Below the pieces are notes generated by a model, which saw nothing but the letters and a program-made list of their open reading frames with translations, searched no databases and was not told the origin of the DNA. DNA of 64,000 nucleotides. Source: an uncultured delta proteobacterium (GTDB taxonomy: Bacteria; Desulfobacterota; Binatia; UBA9968). This document shows, in pieces, positions 37,607 through 49,059 of the stretch (the first letter of the stretch is position 1; the number at the start of each line of letters is the position of its first letter). Location: contig CAWDPO010000042.1 in assembly GCA_963804165.1 (NCBI GenBank), positions 85,219 to 149,218 of the forward strand, given 5' to 3'. A program made the translations under genes and the position numbers.

Positions 37607-37719
37607 CGTCATTCCGACGGAGGCCGGAATCCAAGCAGGATTTGAGCCTGGACTGAAAACGAACCTGGATGCCACCGGTTGGAATTTAACGTGAGCACCG
37701 TCGAAGGGCCCGCATGACG
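37607..37719. repeat. REP-like palindromic intergenic element
   Basis: CGTCATTCCGACGGAGGCCGGAATCCA...CTGGATGCC...GCATGACG inverted ends. Confidence 0.55.
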
Positions 37720-37806
37720 AACTTTCAATTTACCTACTGGCGAGGGTTAGCGGCATTATTTTGCGATTCGCTCATGTACGAAATTTGGAACGTCATTCCG
37801 TTCGCT

Positions 37807-38349
37807 CTAATCCAGCTGAAGCGTCGCGGGCTCATTCGCCATGCGCTCGCCTATCCCGACATGACGAAGGCGCTCCCAGAGCCCCTCGATCTCGGCCAAA
37901 ACAGCTTCGTCCGACTGTTCAATATCGATCGAGTGCGCGATCGGTACCCAGCAAGCTCGGCCGGTCACCCAGAACACTTCCGAACGATTGCCTTCGGGAT
38001 CGAAGTAGTAACAACCGAGCGCGCTCACATGATTCACCACGGCGTCGATGCGTAAACCTGCGGCGATGATCCGACGACGAAACGCGCGCAGATCGTCAAG
38101 CGTGGCGACGCGCAGCGAGATCTGATTGATCAGTTGCGGTTCGCTGCCGTCTGGGCGTCCGCGGAAAAGCGCGATCTCATGGTCGGCTCTTTCGGCGTCG
38201 GCGCTCAAAAAGACGATCCCCGCCCGCCAGTTCTGCTTGGTAATCCGCATGCCGAGAGTATCGCGATAAAACGCAACCATCCGCTCCAAGTCACGAACAT
38301 AGATCCCGACGTGTCCAAGCCCTACAACCGCTGCCATCATGGCCTCCAA
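37807..38349 (-). CDS. VOC/glyoxalase family protein
   Basis: LGHVGIYVRDLERMVAFY, HEIAL and YFDPEGNRSE. Confidence 0.9.
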   Translation of the reverse strand: MEAMMAAVVGLGHVGIYVRDLERMVAFYRDTLGMRITKQNWRAGIVFLSADAERADHEIALFRGRPDGSEPQLINQISLRVATLDDLRAFRRRIIAAGLRIDAVVNHVSALGCYYFDPEGNRSEVFWVTGRACWVPIAHSIDIEQSDEAVLAEIEGLWERLRHVGIGERMANEPATLQLD

Positions 38350-38482
38350 ATGTTTTTGCGCCGATATTCAAACCCGCCTAGCACCTAGAGTTGTCACCTG
38401 GTGACGATGCCAAGCTGTCCGCCCTTTCACACCTGTCCCCGGTGTCCTTCGCGCCGTTGCGCGATCTAAAAAACACCGCCGG

Positions 38483-39322
38483 TCATTTCTCTCCCGAGGG
38501 CCGTTTCACCGGCTCCAATCCGGGGCGGAACTTTTTCTCGTCGAGAAACTCGCGCATGCCGCGAGCCCGCGTCTGCTCCGGGTCCGCGGCGCGCAGCGCC
38601 ATACTTTTCGCGCCCAGGTACTCGTAAGCTTGATCCATGTCCATGCCGCGCACGGCGCGGATCGCTTGTTTGGTGTAGGCCAGAACCATCGGGCTCTTCG
38701 CGATCAGTTCGCGAGCGACGGTTACGGTTTCTTCGCGTAGCTTTTCCGCCGGCACGGACAGCGTGGCGATCCCCATTTCCACGGCCTTACGGCCGTCGAT
38801 CGTTCGCCCGGTCATGGCGTAGAATAAGGCGTTGCGAAACGACACCATGTCGCCGAAGACTTTGCTCACGTTGCCGCCGGGAATGATGCCCCAGTTGACC
38901 TCCGACAATCCAAAAGTAGCGTTGTCCGCGGCGATCACGATGTCGCAGGCCGCCAGAGAAATGAACGCGCCGCCGTAGCAGTAACCGTTCACCATGGCGA
39001 TGGTCGGCTTGCGTGACCAGGTGAGCAGCTCGGCCCAGCGGCGGTGCGCCGTCATGCCCCGGAACCGCGCCACGGGATCCTTGTCGGTCTCGCGAAAGTA
39101 TTGCCGCAAATCCATTCCCGCGCTCCAGCTGTTGCCCGCGCCGGTGATCACGATGACTTTTGTGTCGTCGTCGGTTTCCAGGTCGTATGTGATTTGCTCC
39201 ATTTCGGTTAGCAGTGTCGGATTAAACGCGTTGCGTTTTTCCGGGCGGTTGAAAGTGATCCAGGTGATCCCTTCGTCATCGGTCTCGACCAGTACGCAAG
39301 TGTATTCTTTCTTCGTAGTCAT
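38483..39322 (-). CDS. p-Hydroxycinnamoyl-CoA hydratase/lyase (crotonase family)
   Basis: NRPEKRNA, AGMDLRQYFRE and FGLSEVNWGIIPGGNVSK. Confidence 0.85.
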   Translation of the reverse strand: MTTKKEYTCVLVETDDEGITWITFNRPEKRNAFNPTLLTEMEQITYDLETDDDTKVIVITGAGNSWSAGMDLRQYFRETDKDPVARFRGMTAHRRWAELLTWSRKPTIAMVNGYCYGGAFISLAACDIVIAADNATFGLSEVNWGIIPGGNVSKVFGDMVSFRNALFYAMTGRTIDGRKAVEMGIATLSVPAEKLREETVTVARELIAKSPMVLAYTKQAIRAVRGMDMDQAYEYLGAKSMALRAADPEQTRARGMREFLDEKKFRPGLEPVKRPSGEK

Positions 39323-39865
39323 TGGGGGACACTCCTTTGAAAAAATAATGAATTGTCACTCTCTAATGCGTGATCGGAGATCTTAATACCTATTCCATCC
39401 GGCGCGGCGATCACGTGAGTTCTTGTCATGACGGCGAAGCTAGTCGATCTCCTTTCTTCCAGTCAAGCGGAAATTGGTATTATGATGGAGAGATTTTGTC
39501 ACACTGGATGAAATTGCACCGATTAATAACAGATACACTGATAAATTTTCACAGGAATATGAGTCGTAAGCACGCGTACGAGTGCAACCACATCGGAACC
39601 GCGCAAGAACGCCCGCATGGACGTAGCGCGCTTCACTTCGTTCTGAAATGGCGGCGCCCGCCGACGAGCCATAGGATTGGACATTTCTTTGAGCTAGATG
39701 TAAGAAAACTTTAAAAATACCTGAATTGGCACCCGACGGTCCGATTCTCCGCGAGGGCCCACAGCGGCCAGTGAATCACACCGACGCGCCGCAAGACAGC
39801 GCGCGAATGACGCGGCAACGCGACACACTAACTTTCGGGCAATCAGTACGTCGGGCGGTGTCGCG

Positions 39866-40903
39866 TTGGTGTTAACGAAGGATAGAGAGAAGGTACTCCG
39901 CTTGGCAAAGACGCTCCTATTCGTTTTGTTTCTTCACCTGAGTTTCCCGTTCGCGTCGGCGGCGCAGGATGGCCACAGCCAAAAGTTGATTGAGGGCGCG
40001 AAAAAAGAGAACACCCTGGTCTGGTACACGTCGGCGAGCATCGAGGATGTCAAAGCGATTTTTACCGCGTTCAATAAGAAGTACCCTTTCATCAAGACGG
40101 ATTTTTATCGCGCCGGCTCGGCAAGCCTGTTCAACCGCATATTGAACGAAGCTCGCGTCGGCAAGGTCTTGTTCGACCTGATTGCCATTAGAGGCCTGGA
40201 AACACACCAGCTGGTGAAAGCGGGATTCTTGCAGCGCTATGTTTCTCCCGAGAGCACGGTGTATCCGGCCGGCTTCAAAGACGCGAAAGGCTATTGGGTT
40301 GATTATTTCGACGCCTACAACGTGATCGGCTATAACACCAAGCTCGTGTCCCGCGATCAGGCGCCGAAGAGTTGGGAAGATCTGCTCGACCCCAAATGGA
40401 AGGGCAAGATGGCTCTCGATGAAGAGAACTTCTCCTGGTACGGCGCCATGACGCAGAAATGGGGACGCGAAAAAACCCAGCGCTACATGCGGGCGCTGGC
40501 TAAACAGGATATCCAGCTGCGTAGCGGCCAGACCCTAATCGCGCAGCTGATGGCCGCGGGGGAGTTTTCGGTGGCGATGGTCCTGGCGCACCGGATCGAG
40601 AAAATGAAGGAACAAGGCGCGCCGGTGGAATGGGTCACGACGTTGGATCCGGTCACCGCCTCGCTGCACCCCATCGGGGTCGCCGCCAAGTCGGCGCATC
40701 CGAATGCCGCGAAGTTGTTCATCGATTTTATCCTGTCAAGAGAAGGACAGCAGCTCATGCTCTCTATCGAACGTACGCCCGCGAGACCGGGCATCGATAC
40801 AAAAATGGAAGCGCGAAAGCTGAAACTGTACGCCATTCCGCCCGAGCTGGGCGAGCACTACGATCAGTTCCAAAAAGAGTTCCGCGAGATCTTTGGCCGC
40901 TAA
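39866..40903 (+). CDS. ABC transporter substrate-binding protein (iron/thiamine-like cluster)
   Basis: Signal peptide, YNTKLV, PKSWEDLLDPKWKG and HPNAAKLFIDF. Confidence 0.88.
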   Translation: MVLTKDREKVLRLAKTLLFVLFLHLSFPFASAAQDGHSQKLIEGAKKENTLVWYTSASIEDVKAIFTAFNKKYPFIKTDFYRAGSASLFNRILNEARVGKVLFDLIAIRGLETHQLVKAGFLQRYVSPESTVYPAGFKDAKGYWVDYFDAYNVIGYNTKLVSRDQAPKSWEDLLDPKWKGKMALDEENFSWYGAMTQKWGREKTQRYMRALAKQDIQLRSGQTLIAQLMAAGEFSVAMVLAHRIEKMKEQGAPVEWVTTLDPVTASLHPIGVAAKSAHPNAAKLFIDFILSREGQQLMLSIERTPARPGIDTKMEARKLKLYAIPPELGEHYDQFQKEFREIFGR

Positions 40904-41274
40904 TAGTTTGCGCCAGATATCCAACATACAAAGAACGAGTAAATGAATTGTCGCGACAAATCGCTGCGCCTGGCGCGGTTCACAAGCTTCCGAAACTCAA
41001 GCGGGACAGCACGCCAAGATACTAAAAACATCGAGTAGTAGAACAGTCAGGTGAAAAACGCCGGTGCGATAGTCGTTTTCCTATCGGCATCGGTTCGCCT
41101 TCCAGCCATTGTCTTTATTAATTGATACTGTGGTATTTGCGAATACTTGCGGTGGAGGAACCGCCATGTGATCAGCAACGACACGTAGATAAAAATACCC
41201 AATTCTGCGTGTTTTGTAGTATTCGATATTTAGCGACACGAGCCGGACCTAGCGAGACCGAGGCGAATTCATGT

Positions 41275-42143
41275 ATGAATCAAAGCTTCACAACTTCAAG
41301 GCACGGTCGATTTGTGGCGAAAAATCGAGTGAAGTTAATAGACGCCAAATTGCCGGCGCAGCCTCTTTTCCGCACGCTGCGACTCGGCTTGATCAGCCAG
41401 CGGTTGGCCTTAGTCGTCGTGGTCATCGGTATTTGGTGGTTGTCATCGCTTTCGGTACCGCATTACATATTGCCCGGGCCGAGCCCGCGTCTGGGACGCT
41501 TTTCAGCTCATCGTCGCCAACGGCGACCTGTGGAATAATCTCATTATCACACTGTGGCGGGTGGCCGTAGGTTTCGTCGTCGCGGCGCTGGTCGGCCTGC
41601 CGTTTGGCATCGTGCTTGGAGCGAACAAGCGCGCCGGCGAGTTTTTCGAGCCCGTGATTCCGGTGCTAACACGGTCTCTTCGGCGATCTGGGCGATCTTC
41701 GCCATCATCTGGTTCGGTATTTCCAACGCGACCACTATATTCGTCGTTTTCATGACGGCCATGCCTTTGATCATCACCAATGTCTGGCAGGGCACGCGCA
41801 CGGTGAACGCCGATTTTATCGAGCTCGCCCAAGTGCTGCGCATGCCGCAATGGAAGGTCATGACAAAAATTTATCTGCCGACCATTCTCCCTTACTTTTT
41901 CTCGGGTGCCCGGCTTGCGTTCGGCTTCGGCTGGCGCGTGTCGTTGGTCGCCGAAACGATCGGCTCTTCCAGCGGCGTCGGCTATCGTCTCGGCAAGCAG
42001 CGGACTTGATCCGAACCGACCAGGTATTCGCCTGGACTTTGACTTTGGTGATCATGATGGCGGCAATCGAAATGGGGATGATGAAGCCGCTGGAAAATTA
42101 TCTCTTTCGCTGGAAAAAAGGACGCGGAAACACAATGAGCTGA
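41275..42143 (+). pseudogene. SsuC/TauC-like ABC permease split by ~3 frameshifts
   Basis: Fragments ILPGP, FVVAALVGLPFG, LPTILPYFFSGARLAFGFGWRVSLVAETIG in successive frames. Confidence 0.75.
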
Positions 42144-42194
42144 GAGGCGCGGCCAGAGCAAGAAAACCGGCTATCGAAAAATCGCATCCTCTGC

Positions 42195-43051
42195 ATGAAT
42201 CAGAACGACCCCGAGCAAACTTGTAACGAAGCGGAGCAAACGCCGCCGGCGATCCGGCTGAGCGGCGTCGAAAAACACTTCACCAACGGCGACCAGACAA
42301 TCGAGGTGCTGAAGAACGTCAATCTCACCGTCTCGCCCCAGGCGATCATCGGCTTGATCGGCGCATCCGGCTCGGGCAAGAGCACGCTGCTGAATATTAT
42401 TTCCGGCATCTTGAAACCCGACCGCGGCCAGGTTTGTATCTGCGGCGCGGCCAGCGAAGAGTTCAATGACTGGGGCTCCGTGAGCTACATGTTTCAAGAC
42501 GATCGTCTGCTGCCTTGGCGCACGGCCATCCGCAACGTCGAGTTCGCTCTGGAAGCCGGTTCCACCGCGAAAAAAGAACGCGCCCAACGCGCGCTCCAAG
42601 CGCTGCAGTTGGTCGAGCTGGAGAGTTTCGAGGAAGCGTTTCCCTATCAGCTTTCCGGCGGCATGCGCAGCCGAGTCGCGCTCGCGCGCAGCCTGGTGAC
42701 CGAGCCGCGCATTCTGCTGATGGACGAACCCTTTTCGCGGCTCGATGCGCAAACCCGCGAGCTCATGCATGAAGAGCTGCTGCGTATTCACGAACTCAAG
42801 CGCATGACCGTGGTCTTCGTCACCCACGATGTAGCCGAAGCCGTGCTGCTCGCCGACCGGTGGCGGTGATGTCGCCGCGGCCGGGAACAATCCGAGAAGT
42901 GGTGGACATCGCGCCGCCGCGGCCGCGGGATATTACTCAGCCGGAAGTGACTAAGCTACATTCAACGTCTTCGCGCGCTGATTTAATTGTCATGATGCAA
43001 GCGAGCCACGCTGCAGCGAATTTATCCTATCTTGTCATCCTTCATCCATGA
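42195..43051 (+). CDS. SsuB/TauB-like ABC ATPase (frameshift ~42862; 3' end approximate)
   Basis: [21 protein letters not shown] and VTHD. Confidence 0.85.
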
Positions 43052-43064
43052 ACAGGAGGCAAAG

Positions 43065-44051
43065 ATGAAACCAACAAAATGATTGTCGCGGTATTTGCTT
43101 TAGCGATGGCAGTGTCCGTTCCCGCGCAGCTGATCGCGCAAAAAATGAGCGTCGGCTACTGGACCAGCGGCTTTAGTTTGGGATTCGGCGCGGTGATGGA
43201 GCAAATGAAGTTCGCCGAAAATCAGGGTCTCAATGTCGAATGGGTAAAATTTGCCGAGGTCAACGGACCGACGCGCGCGATCGTGTCCAACGCCATCGAC
43301 GTCGCCTTTGCCGCGCCCTCGACCAACTCCATCGGCATCGCCGCCGACGGCGTGCCGGTAAAAATCGTACTCGCAACCCAGATCGCCGAAGCACAAATCG
43401 TCGTGCTCGACGGCTCGCCGGTCAAGATCGGTCGGCGAACTCAAGGGCAAGAAGATCGGCATGTCGCCGCCGGGAAGTGCGACCCACGCCATCGCCAGCG
43501 CGATCCTGGAACAGAATTTCGGTCTGAAACCAAAAGAATATAGCGTCGCGCCGGGAAACGAGGCCCAACTCGCGCAGTTTCTCAGTCAGAAGGAAATCGA
43601 CGCCGGTGTGCTCCGCTCCGTGACTCTTGCGCAGATTGAAGAGATCAAACTGCGCCGCTTGGCGAGCGTGGTCGACGAGTGGAAAAAACTCACCAAAGGA
43701 AATGCGCCGCCGATCCTCGCCGTGACCATCGTCTATAGCGATTATCTCGCCAAGAACCAGGAGCCGGTCGCGAAATTTATCGCCGCCACCCGCAACGCGC
43801 TGCAATTCGGCTCCAAAAACAAGCCGCGTGTCGCCGAGATATTACAGAAAGCCGCGAACATGAATGCCACCGACGCGCGCGCCTACGCTAACCAGTGGGA
43901 CGGCGCGTACATCGCGAGCTTCGAACCGGCCGACATCGCTTCGCTGAAGAGAATGTACGATATCGTCAAAGCCGCCGGCGGCGCTACCAAGGACGCGCCC
44001 GACAGCGCCTTTGACGCCGGACCTTACATGGGGGCGAAGAAGATTAAATAA
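43065..44051 (+). CDS. SsuA/NMT1-like substrate-binding protein (frameshifts ~43078 and ~43430)
   Basis: AGGAGG RBS, signal peptide and ELKGKKIGMSPPGSATH. Confidence 0.8.
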
Positions 44052-44420
44052 GCCGAGCGGCAGACGATCAGCCGACAAAGCACGCTAGAGCGCGGAAGGA
44101 CAAGTGTCTTTTCCGGATCCGATTGCTTGCCAAAACTATGCTGATCCGAATCTCTTCGAGCCCCTGCCGTGGGGGTTCTTCTCACTTTGGTCCGGCAGAC
44201 GCGCTCAAGTGTCTGCCCGTTCATCCAGCGTGGCCTGACAATCGGCGAGCTCGCGCTCACCGGCAGAGCGAACAATCCTATAGTTGTTATCCTTGGAAAC
44301 CCAAGATTCGTCGAGTTGGGGCTCCCGATAGTGCTGCGACACGAGCGCTCGTCGGCACGAAAGATGTTTCAAACCGCGGCGCCTTGTAGTCTCGTTCCGA
44401 TCCTTGATACAAACTAAAAT

Positions 44421-45717
44421 GTGCGATCACCGAGCGCTGCTGAGCAAACAACCAACGAGTCAAAGTTCTTCTACGGCTGGACGATCGTCGCCGTTGGCTT
44501 TCTCGCCCACATCGCCTCGGCCTTCTCGATATCGAGCACGCTGAGCGTCTTTCTCAAACCGCTCTCTCAGGACCTGGGGATTTCCCGCGGGATCTTTTCG
44601 CTCATCCGTTCGGGTGAGATCCTGATCGGCGCGGCGGCAGCGCCGCTCATCGGCACGCTGTTAGACCGTCACGGCGGACGCTGGCTCATGGCCGCGGGCG
44701 GTGTGATTTCGGGAGCAGGGTTTCTTCTCCTCGGCCAGGCCCATGTTTTTTGGCAGTTCCTGCTTGTCCGCTGGCTCTTGGTCAGTCCCGGCGACGCGCT
44801 CATGGGTTCGATGGTGGTCAATGTTTCGATATCGCGCTGGTTCGTGCGCATGCGCGGTCGCGCTCTTGCCATCGCCGGTATGGGCCACGGTCTGGCTAAA
44901 GTCTGCATGCCAGTCGCGGCGGCTTCACTGATTCTCTACGCGGGCTGGCGCGGCGCTTGGATAGTCTTCGGCCTCGTTACTCTGGCGCTGGTCGTCGGCC
45001 CCGCTCTGCTCTTTATGCGCCGGCGCCCTGAAGACATGGGGCTCGTCCCGGATGGCAGCTCTCGTGCGCGAAAAGAAACCTCGAGCCTCCGCGAACAACA
45101 CCGCGACTGCTCGTGCGCAGGCACGCACAAGCGACGACGTCGCCTGGAGTCGTCGCGAAGCGCTAGGCACCTCGGCATTCTGGCTCATCGTCATCACTTT
45201 CGGCGTTGCCCACGTCGGCGTGACCGGGCTCAACCTTCACGTCTTTTCTTTCGTCAGCGATCAGGGGCATCCGGCGATGGTGGCGGCGCTCGTCATGAGC
45301 ATCATCGCAATCATGCAGTTCAGCACGCCGATGGTTTGGGGTGTGCTCGCCGAACGCGCCAATATCGCCAGGCTCATCATGGCGAAGTTCATCATTCAAG
45401 CCTTGGGGATTTTGCTGGCACTGTCCGACCCCGGACTGCTTTCTCTTTACGCGGGGTTTTTTCTCTACGGCATCGGCATGGGTGGAACTTCGATCCTCGC
45501 CGAAATGATCTGGGCCAATTACTTTGGACGCGTTTCGCTGGGAAAAATCCGCGGTATGGGTTCATTGATCACCAGCGCCTTCTCCGCCGGCGGCCCGCCG
45601 TTCTTCGGCCTGCTTTTCGATGCCACTCAAAGCTATTTTCTTTCCTTTAGTATCTTCATCGCTTTGTTGTTCGCTTCAGCGGTCCTGAGCTTCTTCCTGC
45701 ACCCGCCTAGTAAATGA
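44421..45717 (+). CDS. MFS transporter (frameshift ~45060-45110)
   Basis: FFYGWTIV, GTLLDRHGGR and RRRPEDMGL; TM pattern continues across two frames. Confidence 0.85.
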
Positions 45718-45776
45718 AGCGGTCGTTTCGTTCAAACAATGATTCACCCGCTGTTTCCTAATAGCAGCAGTTCGAG

Positions 45777-46697
45777 TCAAGAATTTTCAGGGAGTGGAAT
45801 AAATTCATCGTCGCCCGGCACCGGCGGAAAGCGACCGCTTTTCCAGTCGGCTTTTGCCTGCTCGATGCGCTCGCGCGAGCTGGAGACGAAGTTCCACCAG
45901 AGATGCCGTGGACCGTCGAGGGGCTCGCCGCCGAAAAGAAGCAGCCGCGCGGTTGCCTTCGCCTTGACCGTAATCTCATGACCGGATGAGAAAACCAAAA
46001 GCCGTCCCGGACTAAAGCGCTGCCCTGCGATCTCGACGTCGCCCTCAAGGAGATAAAGCGCGCGCTCGAAGTATTCGTTCGCGATTGACAGCGTAGCGCT
46101 CGGTTGAAGCTGCGCATCCACGTAAAACAGCGACGAGAATGTTTTCACAGGTGATGTTTTACCGTAAAGGGAACCAGCGATGACGCGCACCGTTTTTCCT
46201 TCACCTTCAATGACCGGCAACGAGGCGGCAGCATAATGCGTAAAGTTGGGAGCCGTCTCCTCGTGCTGCTTCGGGAGTGCCACCCAGATCTGAATGCCAT
46301 AAAGACTTTGCCGCCGTTTTCTTAGCTCAGCATCGGAACGTTCGGAGTGAACAATGCCGCGCCCCGCGGTCATCCAGTTGACCGCGCCGGGCTCGATCGA
46401 CTGCACGGTGCCGAGACTGTCCCGATGAACGATGGTCCCGGCGAACAGATAAGTGACCGTGGCAAGACCAATGTGCGGATGCGGCCGCACGTCGATGCCT
46501 GAACCGGGCACCAGGTCCGCAGGTCCCATCTGATCGAAGAACACGAACGGCCCCACGTTGCGCCGCTCCAACGATGGCAGTAAGCGGCGGACTTCGAAGC
46601 CGCCAATGTCGCGCGGCCGCGGCACGATGACGGTCTCGAGCGCCTTGCAGCCCGGCGTTGCGTTCGCTTCCGGTTCTTCAGCAGACAGCCAACTCAT
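45777..46697 (-). CDS. Pirin family protein
   Basis: [19 protein letters not shown] and [12 protein letters not shown]. Confidence 0.95.
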   Translation of the reverse strand: MSWLSAEEPEANATPGCKALETVIVPRPRDIGGFEVRRLLPSLERRNVGPFVFFDQMGPADLVPGSGIDVRPHPHIGLATVTYLFAGTIVHRDSLGTVQSIEPGAVNWMTAGRGIVHSERSDAELRKRRQSLYGIQIWVALPKQHEETAPNFTHYAAASLPVIEGEGKTVRVIAGSLYGKTSPVKTFSSLFYVDAQLQPSATLSIANEYFERALYLLEGDVEIAGQRFSPGRLLVFSSGHEITVKAKATARLLLFGGEPLDGPRHLWWNFVSSSRERIEQAKADWKSGRFPPVPGDDEFIPLPENS

Positions 46698-46930
46698 GAC
46701 GCTTTCCTTAATATAAAAAACACCGCACTAATTATTGATGGTAAAGACCTGGCCTTCTCCATTGCGGGTGAAAGTATTAACGACAACGATATCGCCGAAT
46801 CGGAAAGGCCCAGCGCCGCCGTCAAAATTCGGTAGCGATTGAGTGTGCATCAGCTCGTTGGATTCATGCAAATGAATAGGGAAAGCCAGGAGTCACCAAT
46901 AACGGTGATGTTCAAGAAGTCGCTTGCAAG

Positions 46931-47848
46931 CTAGTTGTGCGGGCTTGAAGCGGCGCCTGCCACGTAACCGTTAAGCGGCTGCGGGCTCGCGTCGATCTCG
47001 CGCAGAAAATCTTCAACAGCGTTCCAAAACTCGTCGCGCCGTTCGATGCCGTAGTGGCGCGCCCCGGCGAGCGTGACCACGCGCTGCGGCCCACCCCAGG
47101 CGCGCGCCAACGCCGCGCCGTTTGCGGCCGGCGTAACGTCGTCGTTTTCCCCGAGGACGAAGAGCGAGGGAATATTGATCATCGGCGCCATCGCGGCGGC
47201 GTCGTAGCGGCCGTTGAGGATGAGCCCGACCGGAAGCCACGGATACCGTTCCCCGCCGAGCGCGGCAAAGCTATCGAAAGGCGTGGCGAGAATCGCACCG
47301 CGCAGGCGGCGTGCTTTCGCCAGCGCGACGCTGAAATAGCTACCCAAGCTCCGGCCGAGCACAACGATTTTCGACGCGTCCACGTCGGGCCTTGCGATGG
47401 CGTAGTCGTAGATTCGTTTTGTGTCTTCCAAGAGGATTCCCTCAGAGGGCTCGCCTTCGGAGAGGCCGAAGCCACGATAATTCATGAACAGCCAGCCCCA
47501 ATGCTCGGGTTTGTCGGCGCGTTCGATCATCCAGGAAGTTTCCCGGCGCACACCACCAAAGACGATCACCAACGGAAACCGTCCGCCGACTCGCGCCGTT
47601 TCGGGACGCTTGAGCCAACCATGGAGTGTCACACCATCCAGCGTTTTTAAGCGCACTTCCTCGATACCATTGCCGGTGGATGCAATTCTTGCGAGTCGCG
47701 CGCGGTCCGAGTCCCACCGTCGAAACAGGAAACGTTGCTCGATCGGTTCGAGCACGAGATTGCAACCGGCGACGAGCAACGCTGCGACAGCGGCGATGAT
47801 GACAAGCGAGGATCTAAACTTGAATCGACTGGATTTGGACTTAAGCAT
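46931..47848 (-). CDS. Alpha/beta hydrolase, probable lipoprotein
   Basis: LVAGC lipobox, YRGFGLSEG and GRSLG nucleophile elbow. Confidence 0.88.
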   Translation of the reverse strand: MLKSKSSRFKFRSSLVIIAAVAALLVAGCNLVLEPIEQRFLFRRWDSDRARLARIASTGNGIEEVRLKTLDGVTLHGWLKRPETARVGGRFPLVIVFGGVRRETSWMIERADKPEHWGWLFMNYRGFGLSEGEPSEGILLEDTKRIYDYAIARPDVDASKIVVLGRSLGSYFSVALAKARRLRGAILATPFDSFAALGGERYPWLPVGLILNGRYDAAAMAPMINIPSLFVLGENDDVTPAANGAALARAWGGPQRVVTLAGARHYGIERRDEFWNAVEDFLREIDASPQPLNGYVAGAASSPHN

Positions 47849-48012
47849 GAAATCTATTCGCTACTTCCCTTTTACTTTCATGACGGATGAGACTGTCCTG
47901 CCTCGACTGAACCCACTGGATATTAGAATAGACGCGACACTCCTACAATACACTCAGAAAATCCGGACGCGGCACTACCAGCTCTGCGGTCTCGGCAGTT
48001 AGCTATCCCGCT

Positions 48013-48075
48013 TTCTAACTGAGCGGCGGCCACGGGCGAAGCCGGTTGACTGTCCGCTCGATGGAAGGGTTAGCC
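48013..48075 (-). repeat. Degenerate integron attC site downstream of GST
   Basis: GGCTAAC-CCTTCCATCGAGCGGACAGTCAACCGGCTTCGCCCGTGGCCGCCGCTCA-GTTAGAA; the stop codon lies in the R'' box and the right arm looks shortened. Confidence 0.7.
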
Positions 48076-48705
48076 GTCATAGCGGTAGGTGCTGTCACCG
48101 TGCGGCGCGGCCATGAACTCTGGAAGCGCTTCGGCCTTCGCGGAGAAGGCGACCAGGGACGGATAGTTGCCGGCTGGCACGACTTCAGCGAGCATTTGTT
48201 GCGTGAAGTGCCATGCGACCGCTGCACTCACACCCGCTTGGGTGATGGCTGTACTGGTGGCAGCGGGCGGACGGCGCGCAACTTCCTCCTCGAGGGCACG
48301 ATAGGCTGCGAGCAACTGACCGGTGACTCGCGTTACCCAAGATTCATGCAACTTCTCGGGCGGCCGCAGGCCGCGTTCGTAGATGATCTGAACGCTCTTT
48401 TCGCAGGCGGCGAGAGCCAACCCGATGATTCGCAGAGCGTGCTGAAGCTCCTGTGACTTGGATGGCATGAGGCTACGGGGACGCGCAACTGCTTCCGCAT
48501 ACTCCAGGATCAACGTCGAATCCATCAGCACCTCGCCGTCGTTGCAGATGAGGGTGGGTGCCTTGACGACGGGATTGATCTGCTGGAACTGAGTGAACGT
48601 ACGGAAGACCGAAAGCGATTGATGCTCGAAGCGCAGGTCGAGAAGCTGCAGCGAGATAGCTACGCGGCGGACGTAAGGCGAATCGAGCATTCCGATGAGC
48701 TGCAC
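48070..48705 (-). CDS. Glutathione S-transferase (gene cassette)
   Basis: SPYVRRV, NPVVKAPTL and LMDSTLILEY. Confidence 0.92.
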   Translation of the reverse strand: MQLIGMLDSPYVRRVAISLQLLDLRFEHQSLSVFRTFTQFQQINPVVKAPTLICNDGEVLMDSTLILEYAEAVARPRSLMPSKSQELQHALRIIGLALAACEKSVQIIYERGLRPPEKLHESWVTRVTGQLLAAYRALEEEVARRPPAATSTAITQAGVSAAVAWHFTQQMLAEVVPAGNYPSLVAFSAKAEALPEFMAAPHGDSTYRYDG

Positions 48706-49059
48706 GGGTGTTCCTCTTCGTGACGGCTAACTAATTGAGTATACTGATTCGTGTACTAGCATATTTAAAAATCACCACACACCGAAATTAGTTGGGCAAT
48801 CAAGGTACTTGTCAAATCCTGATCCTCCGCTCCATTCATAATACGCTGGTCAGCGTCTTATCAATATACCTGCTACAACTTGAGTCCCGCAGCTAACGTT
48901 TCAGCCGGCCTCCGCACACCTCTTCCGGCGCCACTACAATCTCGATGCGCGTCCCCTATGCGATCATGCTGTGATTTTACTGAGGCTTGTTTGTATGCCT
49001 AATATTCACGACCAGATTCAATTTTTGGGTTTTGGAACGGCCGAGCAGCCGGCCCAACT

